A DNA stretch of 64,000 nt, from the NCBI RefSeq assembly GCF_003790525.1, contig NZ_CP033635.1. The stretch is one strand, 5' to 3'. Position numbers and translations under genes: made by a program. Below are positions 18,861 through 30,655 of this stretch, piece by piece. How positions within the stretch are numbered: the first letter of the stretch is position 1; each line of letters begins with the position of its first letter. This stretch comes from Escherichia coli. GTDB lineage: Bacteria; Pseudomonadota; Gammaproteobacteria; Enterobacterales; Enterobacteriaceae. Under the pieces are notes generated by a model that made no database searches, was not told the origin of the DNA, and saw only the letters and a list, made by a program, of their open reading frames with translations.

Positions 18861-20264
18861 CAGTGGTCCTACATCATCACCATCAATGTAAATCACGGCG
18901 TCTTTTTCCAGTTTGGCTAACCATCGCCGCATATTTTTCACGTCATACCCAAGCCGTTTCATGTCATCACGTAACAGCGGGATCGTGCACTTGTCGCCGT
19001 TCTGTGTGCGTGAACGGATGCACCCCCATAGCGCGGTATGGTTTTCCGTCTTGTTGCCTGCCTCCTCGATGCGCTCCAGTTCAGCAGGGGCGCGGGGAAC
19101 GTCAATCACCACCATGGACACAATTTCTTCGCCATCTGTATCGGTGAACACCTCCACGCTTTTAAGGTCGTATGCACTCTCTTTTGGCTCCTCTGCGTCC
19201 TTCATCTTCGTACACGCCGCAACCAGTGCTGTAACGTCTGAATTTTCCCTGCTGATTCGGTACTCTGCATCAAGCGCGGCACGGAATGCACTGGAACCAC
19301 GCGCCCCCTTTGTTTCATCCTTGCCGGAATGGTGAACCACCAGCACCGTGGCCCCTGTGGCCTGCTTTATCGCGTCACACCCCTGGATAAATGCGCCCAT
19401 ATCACGGGAATCATTTTCATCATTCCCACCAAAGCAACGGGCCAGCGTGTCGATCACAATCAGCCGCACATTTTCGCCCGTTCTGCTCTTAACAAGTCCG
19501 GCAGTCCTGATAACCTGCTCCACATAGTCAGGCGATGCAGGGAAAACAGGCGCGTTAATGATGCACAAATCTGTAACCACCTTGTCGTGGGTTATCTCCC
19601 ACGCCTTAACGCGGCGTTTTACGCCCATGCTGCCTTCACCAGCGATATAGATAACCGCACCCTTACTTACCCTGCGGCCTCCCCATGCCATACCTGTGGC
19701 AACATGGCACGACCAGGAAATGGCGAGGAACGATTTATAAGAACCGCTGGCCCCGTAGGTGCTGCATAATGACTCAGCCGGAATAAGCCCCTTAATGACG
19801 TAGCTTTGCTGCGCATCGAATCCCTCAGAACCCCATGAGATGGGAAGTGTGATTTTTCGCTTTCCGCCATTCATGACCAGGCTTTCCCCTCTCTCCCATG
19901 TTTCCCGTAGTCGTGGTAGCTGGTCGCTCCAGTCCTCCAGCAGTTCGAAATTTTCAGAAAGTAGCCGCGCCTCCTGGACTCCGGCGATCGCCAGTTTTGT
20001 GGCAATGGTCAGCATCTGCATATCGTCCAGGTTTCCGGCGCGTATGACCTTTACCCTGTATCGTCCTTCATCAACAATCTGTAAGTTGTCCAGTTCGCTT
20101 AACTGATAACGGCCCAGATAAACCGGAGGGATGGGATCGCCTGCTTTTTTGGCCTGTGCAATCATGTAATGTTCTGCAAAGGAGTGAGCATTATCACCCG
20201 CAAAAATAACCGCCTCAGTGTGTTTATCTTTCGGTAACAGTTTTACGTTCGGTGCAAGTTTCAT
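18858..20264 (-). CDS. replication protein with RecA-like P-loop ATPase domain (RepA/DnaB-like, satellite pri-rep type)
   Basis: 468 aa; Walker A YGASGSYKS, Walker B-like RLIVIDTL, HHSGK motif; C-terminal region possibly DNA-binding; iterons directly downstream. Confidence 0.65.
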   Translation of the reverse strand: MKLAPNVKLLPKDKHTEAVIFAGDNAHSFAEHYMIAQAKKAGDPIPPVYLGRYQLSELDNLQIVDEGRYRVKVIRAGNLDDMQMLTIATKLAIAGVQEARLLSENFELLEDWSDQLPRLRETWERGESLVMNGGKRKITLPISWGSEGFDAQQSYVIKGLIPAESLCSTYGASGSYKSFLAISWSCHVATGMAWGGRRVSKGAVIYIAGEGSMGVKRRVKAWEITHDKVVTDLCIINAPVFPASPDYVEQVIRTAGLVKSRTGENVRLIVIDTLARCFGGNDENDSRDMGAFIQGCDAIKQATGATVLVVHHSGKDETKGARGSSAFRAALDAEYRISRENSDVTALVAACTKMKDAEEPKESAYDLKSVEVFTDTDGEEIVSMVVIDVPRAPAELERIEEAGNKTENHTALWGCIRSRTQNGDKCTIPLLRDDMKRLGYDVKNMRRWLAKLEKDAVIYIDGDDVGPL

Positions 20265-20548
20265 TTCTTACCCCCTGCGACCAGCATTTCACGGATTTTG
20301 CGGATATAACTTGCAGCACGTTTCTGATTAACGGCTTTACGATGGCCCACCAGCGTGAAATCACGCCGGAACTGATAAACAGGCATAACGCAGTCATATT
20401 CGTAGCCTTCACGGCGGTAAGTGATGCGACGTTCCTCCACGCCCTTAATCATTACCGTGCCGCCGTAGTTATCACGGAAAATATCGCCGGGACGGATTTC
20501 AGGACGAGCGGGGCCGCTGGCATTAACGCCAGAATTTTTATTTTTCAT
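20261..20548 (-). CDS. hypothetical protein (95 aa), translationally coupled upstream of rep
   Basis: ORF overlapping the rep start by 4 nt; basic; no family recognised. Confidence 0.45.
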   Translation of the reverse strand: MKNKNSGVNASGPARPEIRPGDIFRDNYGGTVMIKGVEERRITYRREGYEYDCVMPVYQFRRDFTLVGHRKAVNQKRAASYIRKIREMLVAGGKK

Positions 20549-20553
20549 GTTTT

Positions 20554-20781
20554 TTATTCTCCGGTGTGCTGTTCTTTATATCTGTCGTGAATTGCCATCA
20601 CTGTATTTAATTCATTAATAACAGCCGTTAATAGCGTACGCACGGCAGAAAACATCATTGAATCAGATTCATCGCCACTTTCCTGCACATCAATTAAATT
20701 AAGTAGTAATGCGTCCATTTCCTTTGCGCGGATTAATGCCTTTTCACAATGAAAAATAACACCAAAGGGTATTTTATTCAT
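20554..20781 (-). CDS. hypothetical protein (~75 aa; ORF-track frame extends to 20823)
   Basis: First gene of the minus-strand replication operon; start uncertain (MNKIPFGV... versus the upstream Met). Confidence 0.4.
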   Translation of the reverse strand: MNKIPFGVIFHCEKALIRAKEMDALLLNLIDVQESGDESDSMMFSAVRTLLTAVINELNTVMAIHDRYKEQHTGE

Positions 20782-21060
20782 GACTCCCCTCCTGACGGAT
20801 ACGGGCGGCGAATACAGCGACACAACCGGACGGGCAACGGTTACGCGCTTCGCGTTCCGTCCAGGCGGTCACGTGGATAATTTGAGATTCTCCGGCACTC
20901 AGTGCCAGAAAACGCCACACAAAGGCGGTTTGTGTGTGCGCTAGTCGTGGGGTATGCTGTGTTCCAGCCATAATCGTTACTCCTGTTAACGGTTTGGTTA
21001 GACGCCCTGCATGTGTTACAGCACTGCGGGGCGTTGTCTTTTTAACGGCTTTCGTGATAG

Positions 21061-21104
21061 GGTGTACACCTATCAAGCAAAAACATAACGCTATAGGTGT
21101 ACAC
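21061..21104. promoter_or_regulatory. perfect 12-bp inverted repeat (gtgtacacctat ... ataggtgtacac), candidate operator abutting a small regulator gene
   Basis: Read directly from sequence; the 3' half ends 1 nt before the ATG at 21105. Confidence 0.5.
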
Positions 21105-21299
21105 ATGTCAACAGTTATTAAGCGAGATAAAAAACCAAAGGGAACAGGAAAAGCCCCCCCATTCCATATGCGAATAGCTCCAGAACTGAAAGAGCAGTTT
21201 GATAATGAGGCCAGCAATGATGGGGTAAGCCTAGCCAACTGGCTTAAAGAGTTGGGGCGCGCCGAACTAAAGCGACGCGGCATTGAACCTAAAGGCTGA
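21105..21299 (+). CDS. small basic protein (64 aa), possible ribbon-helix-helix/YlcI-YnfO-like prophage regulator
   Basis: MSTVIKRDKKPKGTGKAPPFHMRIAPELKEQFDNEASNDGVSLANWLKELGRAELKRRGIEPKG; family assignment from memory only; divergent from the replication operon. Confidence 0.4.
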   Translation: MSTVIKRDKKPKGTGKAPPFHMRIAPELKEQFDNEASNDGVSLANWLKELGRAELKRRGIEPKG

Positions 21300-21302
21300 T
21301 GT

Positions 21303-21426
21303 ATGACTGAAAAGCAGACCGATAACAAACTTTCTCTACCAGAGAATAAACCAGCAGGCTTCTTACCAAGAAAAATCCTTGATGAGATCAAACGCCGCCA
21401 GCGCCGCAAGGCCAAAGAGCAGGAAT
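21303..21426 (+). CDS. possible small protein (41 aa, Lys/Arg-rich C-terminus)
   Basis: ATG 4 nt after the preceding stop; MTEKQTDNKLSLPENKPAGFLPRKILDEIKRRQRRKAKEQE; followed by a strong hairpin terminator. Too short for the ORF track. Confidence 0.25.
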
Positions 21427-21460
21427 AGCCCACCAGCAAGCCAGCACACTGATCACATTG

Positions 21461-21490
21461 GCCACCGTGACAGGTGGCCTTTTCTTTGCC
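21461..21490 (+). terminator. rho-independent terminator (ggccaccgtgacaggtggcc + T-rich tract)
   Basis: Perfect 7-bp stem with 6-nt loop followed by ttttctttg, just after the 41-codon ORF. Confidence 0.55.
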
Positions 21491-21752
21491 CGTTATCCGG
21501 CAATTGTGGCGCTTCGCCACACGGTTGATATAATTCCCCTGCTCAGATTCATTTTTTGCGCGGCAGGTAAATTGTTCAGAAAGGCGGCTCCTTATCGGGG
21601 CCGCTTTTTTTATGTCTGAAAAACCGCGATTTTGTTGTTTTTCAGTTTCACCAGGCCGAACGAAGCCCCGCCCATGTTCGGGCGTATATCCAGTCTTCAT
21701 GGTTAAATCTCTGTATTAGTGGATGGGTGGCGGCTGTGTGCCGCCAGTCTTT

Positions 21753-21941
21753 TTAGTGAACTGCCTCGCAGCTTTCCTTCCATGCCAGAACTTCGGATAA
21801 AGACCAGCCAACGGAACGACCGCCCAGCTTACGCCGTGATGGGAATTGTCCGGCCTTTTCCAGGCGGTAGCGGCATGAGCGGCTAAGGCCTGTTAGCTTT
21901 TCGCATTCTTTTTCACGTATAAAGCGATCAGTGCTTAACAC
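21753..21941 (-). CDS. alpA: AlpA-family (Phage_AlpA) transcriptional regulator
   Basis: 62 aa; ...EKLTGLSRSCRYRLEKAGQFPSRRKLGGRSVGWSLSEVLAW... matches the AlpA HTH signature; adjacent to int. Confidence 0.75.
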   Translation of the reverse strand: MLSTDRFIREKECEKLTGLSRSCRYRLEKAGQFPSRRKLGGRSVGWSLSEVLAWKESCEAVH

Positions 21942-22315
21942 TATTGCCCCCTTTCGTTTCTTAAAGAGTTATTTCGTGTTCTATTGCGTTGGGATGTGTC
22001 TGATTGTGTCAGGGTGATTCAGAGTTGGCAAATGTTGGTGGCGGGTATTTTACAGAAACGGGGTGATTTTAATAAAAATCATTTTAATTCAGTATTATGC
22101 AAAGGCATAAAATCTCGTTTTATGCCTTTTTTCTCACTATTTAAAGCGTTATTCGCTAATGTATAAAAAACCAGTTGAGCATTAAAAATCAGCAACTTAT
22201 AAATCTGTATACTTTTTGACCTCTTGTTCGTGGTTGTTTCACGTTGTTGTGTATTGTTGCACGTTGTATCTGTGCACTTATCCAGTATGCGCATACTGAA
22301 AAAACACGAAAAAAA

Positions 22316-23563
22316 TTATTTTCTTCTGGCTACTGGTAGCGTGGTTACGTTTTCATGTGCTCCCGCCAGTATCTCCAACCGCTCCACCCACATATCCAGC
22401 GCATTGCGTTTCGCATCCAGATAACGGGAATGATTATAAACTCGCTGCATTCCTGGCATCTGGTGGCCTGTAAGCTGCTCCACGACGTGAGGATCCACGC
22501 CTAAATCGTTCAGCATCGTTGTAAAGGTGCGCCGGATGTCATGCAGTGACCATTGAGGGTGTTTTAGCCTCCTGTGCGCTAATCTGCCGTACTGCGATAC
22601 GCTGGCCTCCTGTTTCACTTCCCCCAGTAATAAGCCCGTGTGCCTGTTCTGCTCCACCAGCCGCGTGACGAACGGCAGGATCGCTTCCGGTATGGGCCGG
22701 AATATTGCGACCTTCGTTTTGCTGTGCTCCTTCGGAACGGTCCAGAGCATTTCCGTGAAATCCCACTCCCCGATCTCCGATAACCTCAGTTCTACCGTCC
22801 TGGCTCCGAAGACAATCAGGAGGCGGATTAGTGCGACGTAGTAAGGGGAAAATATTTTTTTGTCCAGTGCCTGCAATAATTCGCCCAGTTCTTTGGTGCT
22901 TAAGACACGTTCGCTTATATCCGGTTTTTTCCCAACGTCCGCCACGTTCAGATCGTCCAGAACGTTGCTGATTGCATAGCGCCGCCTCCGGCAAAACTTA
23001 AGCGCCTGTTTGCACGCCTGTAGCACGAATCCGGCAGTAACAGGCGTTCGCTTTGCCACCCGATCAAAACAGGCCAGCCAGTGCCGTAGCTCGCATTTAT
23101 CCAGCGGCATAGCACCAATGTGCTGTATTACGTGATTATTAAGTCGCCTTTTCAGGGCGATATAATCCACGCGGTTTTCCTTTACGTAAGACTCAAGCCA
23201 GTAGGTGAGCGCATCTCCAACCGTTACAGGCTTTAACGCTTCCTGCATGGTGTAATTCATCTCATGACGTGGATTTTTCCCCTCAGCCAGCCATGCGCGA
23301 CACTGGGCGGCTTTTTCCCTGGCTGATTTCAGGCTCAGATCAGGATAATTTCCCAGCTTAATACGTTCCGGTCGTGTCTCTCTTCCCGTTCCGGCCCTGT
23401 AAGTGAAATACCAGGTTAAAAGGCCGCTGGTTGAATGCCTGACGCTCAGATTTCCACCGTCATTAAGAAAGGCTGTTTTTTGGGCGGGTGTGCCGTTGAT
23501 TTTCCTTAGCTGTGTATCGCTCAGCTTGTTAAGTGCTCTGGTCATAATTTTGAATCCGGTCAT
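22316..23563 (-). CDS. int: tyrosine site-specific integrase (P4-type)
   Basis: ~415 aa; N-terminal arm-binding-like region, C-terminal catalytic motifs (HDIRRTF, GHQ..VYNHSRY); located at the element's right end next to the arm-type repeat. Exact start uncertain (GTG/ATG/ATG cluster). Confidence 0.85.
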   Translation of the reverse strand: MTGFKIMTRALNKLSDTQLRKINGTPAQKTAFLNDGGNLSVRHSTSGLLTWYFTYRAGTGRETRPERIKLGNYPDLSLKSAREKAAQCRAWLAEGKNPRHEMNYTMQEALKPVTVGDALTYWLESYVKENRVDYIALKRRLNNHVIQHIGAMPLDKCELRHWLACFDRVAKRTPVTAGFVLQACKQALKFCRRRRYAISNVLDDLNVADVGKKPDISERVLSTKELGELLQALDKKIFSPYYVALIRLLIVFGARTVELRLSEIGEWDFTEMLWTVPKEHSKTKVAIFRPIPEAILPFVTRLVEQNRHTGLLLGEVKQEASVSQYGRLAHRRLKHPQWSLHDIRRTFTTMLNDLGVDPHVVEQLTGHQMPGMQRVYNHSRYLDAKRNALDMWVERLEILAGAHENVTTLPVARRK

Positions 23564-23566
23564 CAC

Positions 23567-23592
23567 AATTAACTACACCATTAACTACACCG
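23567..23592. repeat. 26-bp element-end repeat (same as 12366-12391), right end, immediately upstream of int
   Basis: Exact 26/26 identity with the left copy. Confidence 0.6.
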
Positions 23593-23719
23593 ATCGTTGC
23601 ACAAAGGGCTACAACGTGAAACAAGCTGGAACAAGAAAAATCACAAATTTGTTTATAATCAAAAACATAATGCACAACCTGAAACATTATGAAACGGCAA
23701 AAAACACTAATTGATAAAG

Positions 23720-23728
23720 TGCTGTTAT
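23720..23728. repeat. attR core (direct repeat 'tgctgttat')
   Basis: Identical to 12286-12294; element sequence on the left, tqsA sequence on the right. Confidence 0.7.
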
Positions 23729-24626
23729 TCTTAACCCGCTGGTGCAACACATGGTCCGCTGGCGAGTGCCGCGTGTACTGGCGGTGTCGATTTTGATGAC
23801 CATCATCGTGATGGCGATGGTGTTGCTGTTAGCTTATCTGGGTTCCGCGCTCAACGAGTTGACGCGGACGTTACCGCAATATCGCAACTCTATTATGACG
23901 CCGCTGCAAGCGATTGAACCGTTGTTGCAACGCGTAGGGATTGATGTCTCAGTTGACCAACTGGCGCATTACATTGATCCGAACGCGGCAATGACGTTGC
24001 TCACCAACTTATTGACGCAGTTATCTAATGCCATGTCATCAATCTTTTTATTGCTGCTGACGGTGCTGTTTATGTTGCTCGAAGTGCCACAATTGCCCGG
24101 AAAATTTCAGCAAATGATGGTGCGTCCGGTTGAAGGGATGGCGGCGATTCAGCGTGCGATTGACAGTGTGTCTCATTATCTGGTGCTGAAAACAGCCATC
24201 AGCATCATCACCGGCCTGGTCGCCTGGGCGATGCTCGCCGCACTCGATGTTCGCTTCGCTTTTGTCTGGGGATTGCTGGCCTTTGCGCTTAATTACATCC
24301 CTAATATTGGTTCAGTTCTCGCGGCAATCCCCCCTATCGCTCAGGTACTGGTGTTTAATGGCTTCTACGAAGCGTTGCTGGTGCTGGCGGGATATCTGCT
24401 AATTAATCTGGTCTTCGGCAATATTCTGGAGCCGCGCATCATGGGACGTGGGCTGGGGCTTTCCACATTGGTGGTATTTTTGTCGTTGATTTTTTGGGGA
24501 TGGTTGTTAGGACCGGTGGGTATGCTGCTTTCCGTGCCGTTAACAATTATTGTCAAAATTGCGCTTGAACAAACAACGGGAGGTCAAAGCATCGCCGTTC
24601 TGTTAAGCGATCTCAACAAAGAGTGA
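23729..24626 (+). pseudogene. tqsA: 3' portion of tqsA (AI-2 exporter, AI-2E/PerM family), separated from its 5' end by the element
   Basis: In-frame continuation ([12 protein letters not shown]...) of the fragment ending at 12294; upstream frame closed by tga/taa in element DNA; only an internal GTG/ATG could restart translation. Confidence 0.8.
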
Positions 24627-24649
24627 CGGCCTCCGCAGAGGCCGTCAGG
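24624..24649. terminator. hairpin between convergent tqsA and pntB (gacggcctc-cgca-gaggccgtc)
   Basis: Perfect 9-bp stem read from sequence; no strong T-run, so the terminator call is tentative. Confidence 0.4.
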
Positions 24650-24650
24650 G

Positions 24651-26042
<1,392 letters not shown>

Positions 26043-26049
26043 TTACCCC

Positions 26050-27645
<1,596 letters not shown>

Positions 27646-28106
27646 TCATGTACGAGCTAAATGTTACTCCGTTAAAATAAATTAGTAACAAACGCCCTAT
27701 AACGTACTGAAAATTATGCCTGTGATCTAGCGCCAAAAATCAGTATTTCGGCGTGAACTCGCAAAATATTAACGATTCAGCCGTGATAGTGGGATAAACA
27801 CCTTAGAACGCTGGATAAAGACTGATAATTGTCTTCGACGGTCGGGTAAAACGAGACATCGCCCCGGTACGAATCACTACTTAACATTAAATTAACTTAT
27901 ACAATTCAGTTGATTCAGTAGTATTGATGCTGATACGGCTGTTTTTTTAAGCATAGACGGTCATTTGAGCAGGATTAAAATTGGCTTAAGGAATGTGATA
28001 TGAAAAATGACGCAGACAGTTACACCGTTTAAATGCAATAATCAGCCACGTTTCTCGTTAATAACAATACCAGTACTTGGTTTGCGCAAGGCGAAGGATT
28101 ATTTTT

Positions 28107-29051
28107 ATGAAGCTTAAGAACACCCTCCTGGCGTCGGCACTGCTTTCTGCTACGGCATTCTCCGTTAACGCAGCAACAGAACTGACACCGGAGCAAGCGG
28201 CAGCGGTTAAACCTTTTGACCGTGTAGTGGTTACCGGTCGTTTTAATGCTATTGGCGAAGCGGTGAAAGCCGTTTCTCGTCGCGCAGATAAAGAAGGTGC
28301 CGCCTCTTTTTATGTTGTCGACACTTCTGATTTTGGTAACAGCGGTAACTGGCGTGTGGTCGCTGACCTCTATAAAGCCGATGCTGAAAAAGCAGAAGAA
28401 ACAAGTAATCGCGTAATTAACGGTGTTGTCGAACTGCCGAAAGATCAGGCTGTTCTGATTGAACCGTTTGACACGGTCACCGTCCAGGGCTTCTATCGTA
28501 GCCAGCCAGAAGTCAATGATGCCATCACCAAAGCAGCAAAAGCGAAAGGTGCCTACTCTTTCTACATCGTTCGTCAAATCGATGCCAACCAGGGCGGCAA
28601 CCAGCGTATTACTGCATTCATCTATAAAAAAGATGCTAAGAAACGTATCGTCCAGAGCCCGGATGTGATCCCGGCAGATTCCGAAGCAGGACGTGCAGCT
28701 CTGGCTGCCGGTGGCGAAGCTGCGAAGAAAGTTGAGATCCCGGGGGTTGCGACTACCGCATCACCAAGTTCTGAAGTCGGTCGCTTCTTTGAAACCCAGT
28801 CATCAAAAGGCGGGCGTTACACCGTCACGCTCCCGGATGGCACTAAAGTCGAAGAACTGAACAAAGCGACCGCAGCGATGATGGTCCCGTTCGACAGCAT
28901 CAAATTCTCTGGCAACTACGGCAACATGACCGAAGTCTCCTATCAGGTTGCGAAACGTGCCGCGAAGAAAGGTGCTAAGTATTACCACATCACCCGCCAG
29001 TGGCAGGAACGTGGTAATAACCTGACCGTCAGCGCAGATCTGTATAAATAA
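28107..29051 (+). CDS. ydgH: periplasmic DUF1471-repeat protein
   Basis: 314 aa with signal peptide and three repeated domains; K-12 gene order. Confidence 0.85.
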   Translation: MKLKNTLLASALLSATAFSVNAATELTPEQAAAVKPFDRVVVTGRFNAIGEAVKAVSRRADKEGAASFYVVDTSDFGNSGNWRVVADLYKADAEKAEETSNRVINGVVELPKDQAVLIEPFDTVTVQGFYRSQPEVNDAITKAAKAKGAYSFYIVRQIDANQGGNQRITAFIYKKDAKKRIVQSPDVIPADSEAGRAALAAGGEAAKKVEIPGVATTASPSSEVGRFFETQSSKGGRYTVTLPDGTKVEELNKATAAMMVPFDSIKFSGNYGNMTEVSYQVAKRAAKKGAKYYHITRQWQERGNNLTVSADLYK

Positions 29052-29100
29052 CTATTCAGTTACTCCTATAAGGCGGCTTGATGCCGCCTTTCGCATTTTT
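29052..29100 (+). terminator. probable ydgH terminator (aaggcggc-ttgat-gccgcctt then T-rich)
   Basis: Hairpin plus 'tcgcattttt' directly after the ydgH stop. Confidence 0.5.
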
Positions 29101-29236
29101 AGTCACAAATTTCCCCGCGACCATTGCATGCAGACACATCTCTTCGTAAAATCCCGCGCTTCAGTGGCAAACTCCATTTTTATGCGTTTTGCCCTAATAT
29201 TTATTCTTCTTATCACGTTTTAATCACTGGATATCG

Positions 29237-30619
29237 ATGGAAAAGAAACTGGGACTGAGCGCACTCACCGCGCTGGTATTAAGCTCAATGCTGGGCGCGG
29301 GTGTTTTCAGTCTGCCGCAAAATATGGCGGCAGTTGCCAGCCCGGCAGCACTGCTCATCGGCTGGGGTATTACTGGCGCTGGCATTTTATTGCTGGCCTT
29401 TGCCATGCTGATCCTCACGCGCATTCGTCCCGAACTTGACGGCGGTATCTTTACCTATGCCCGCGAAGGGTTTGGCGAGCTAATCGGCTTTTGTTCCGCA
29501 TGGGGATACTGGCTGTGCGCAGTCATCGCCAACGTCTCCTATCTGGTGATCGTTTTTTCCGCGTTAAGCTTTTTTACGGACACGCCGGAATTGCGCCTGT
29601 TTGGCGATGGTAATACCTGGCAATCGATAGTCGGTGCATCGGCTTTATTGTGGATTGTTCACTTTTTGATCCTGCGCGGGGTGCAAACCGCTGCCAGCAT
29701 TAACCTGGTGGCAACACTGGCAAAACTGTTGCCGCTGGGTCTGTTTGTTGTGCTGGCGATGATGATGTTCAAACTGGATACCTTCAAGCTCGACTTCACC
29801 GGACTTGCACTTGGCGTACCCGTTTGGGAACAGGTGAAAAACACCATGCTGATCACCCTGTGGGTTTTCATTGGTGTGGAAGGTGCCGTGGTTGTTTCTG
29901 CGCGTGCGCGTAATAAACGTGATGTTGGCAAAGCGACACTGCTGGCGGTTCTCTCCGCTCTGGGCGTTTACTTGCTGGTAACGCTGCTTTCGCTGGGTGT
30001 GGTGGCACGTCCTGAACTGGCTGAAATTCGTAACCCGTCAATGGCCGGTCTGATGGTGGAAATGATGGGACCATGGGGCGAAATCATCATCGCAGCCGGT
30101 TTGATCGTTTCCGTTTGCGGCGCGTACTTAAGCTGGACCATCATGGCGGCAGAAGTTCCGTTCCTGGCCGCCACTCATAAAGCATTCCCGCGCATTTTTG
30201 CGCGCCAGAACGCACAAGCTGCGCCATCCGCCTCACTGTGGTTGACCAACATCTGCGTGCAAATTTGTCTGGTGCTCATCTGGCTGACCGGTTCCGATTA
30301 CAACACATTGCTGACCATCGCCTCAGAAATGATTCTGGTGCCCTATTTCCTGGTCGGCGCGTTCTTGCTAAAAATCGCAACCCGTCCACTGCATAAAGCG
30401 GTAGGTGTCGGTGCCTGCATTTATGGCTTATGGTTATTGTACGCCTCTGGTCCAATGCACTTGCTGTTATCCGTTGTTCTGTATGCACCGGGGCTGCTGG
30501 TTTTCCTGTACGCGCGTAAAACGCATACCCATGATAATGTACTGAATCGTCAGGAAATGGTGCTGATTGGCATGCTGTTAATTGCCTCAGTTCCGGCGAC
30601 CTGGATGCTGGTGGGATAA
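29237..30619 (+). CDS. ydgI: APC-family amino acid antiporter (ArcD-like arginine/ornithine antiporter homolog)
   Basis: 460 aa polytopic membrane protein; K-12 gene order. Confidence 0.85.
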   Translation: MEKKLGLSALTALVLSSMLGAGVFSLPQNMAAVASPAALLIGWGITGAGILLLAFAMLILTRIRPELDGGIFTYAREGFGELIGFCSAWGYWLCAVIANVSYLVIVFSALSFFTDTPELRLFGDGNTWQSIVGASALLWIVHFLILRGVQTAASINLVATLAKLLPLGLFVVLAMMMFKLDTFKLDFTGLALGVPVWEQVKNTMLITLWVFIGVEGAVVVSARARNKRDVGKATLLAVLSALGVYLLVTLLSLGVVARPELAEIRNPSMAGLMVEMMGPWGEIIIAAGLIVSVCGAYLSWTIMAAEVPFLAATHKAFPRIFARQNAQAAPSASLWLTNICVQICLVLIWLTGSDYNTLLTIASEMILVPYFLVGAFLLKIATRPLHKAVGVGACIYGLWLLYASGPMHLLLSVVLYAPGLLVFLYARKTHTHDNVLNRQEMVLIGMLLIASVPATWMLVG

Positions 30620-30655
30620 CGTTCATCCCATCGTTGGATAGCAAAGGAGATAACG

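Larger units (their letters stand above)
12286..23728. mobile_element. integrated ~11.4-kb phage-satellite-like element (PICI-like) inserted in tqsA, bounded by a 9-bp direct repeat
   Basis: tqsA split in two; 9-bp 'tgctgttat' at both junctions; integrase abuts the right end; cargo is int, alpA, rep plus iterons, ssb, head E/D homologs, Nu1-like gene and cos sites, with no tail, portal or large terminase genes. Confidence 0.85.

Noticed and set aside
13884-21426. Toxin-antitoxin or known anti-phage defence operon inside the element
   Set aside because: I searched the element ORFs for nuclease, ATPase or toxin motifs. The only ATPase is the replication protein and no ORF shows a recognisable defence-system signature. 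The small unknown ORFs are left as untested candidates, not calls.
20774-21700. 308-aa minus-strand ORF from the six-frame track
   Set aside because: It spans the terminator-rich non-coding region and lies antisense to the plus-strand small-regulator genes. Composition is low-complexity and Arg/Ser-rich with no domain signature, so it is most likely a chance open frame.
12286-23728. Complete (inducible) prophage
   Set aside because: No portal, large terminase, protease/scaffold, tail or lysis genes are present within the bounded element, and 11.4 kb is too small. A satellite or defective element is the better description.
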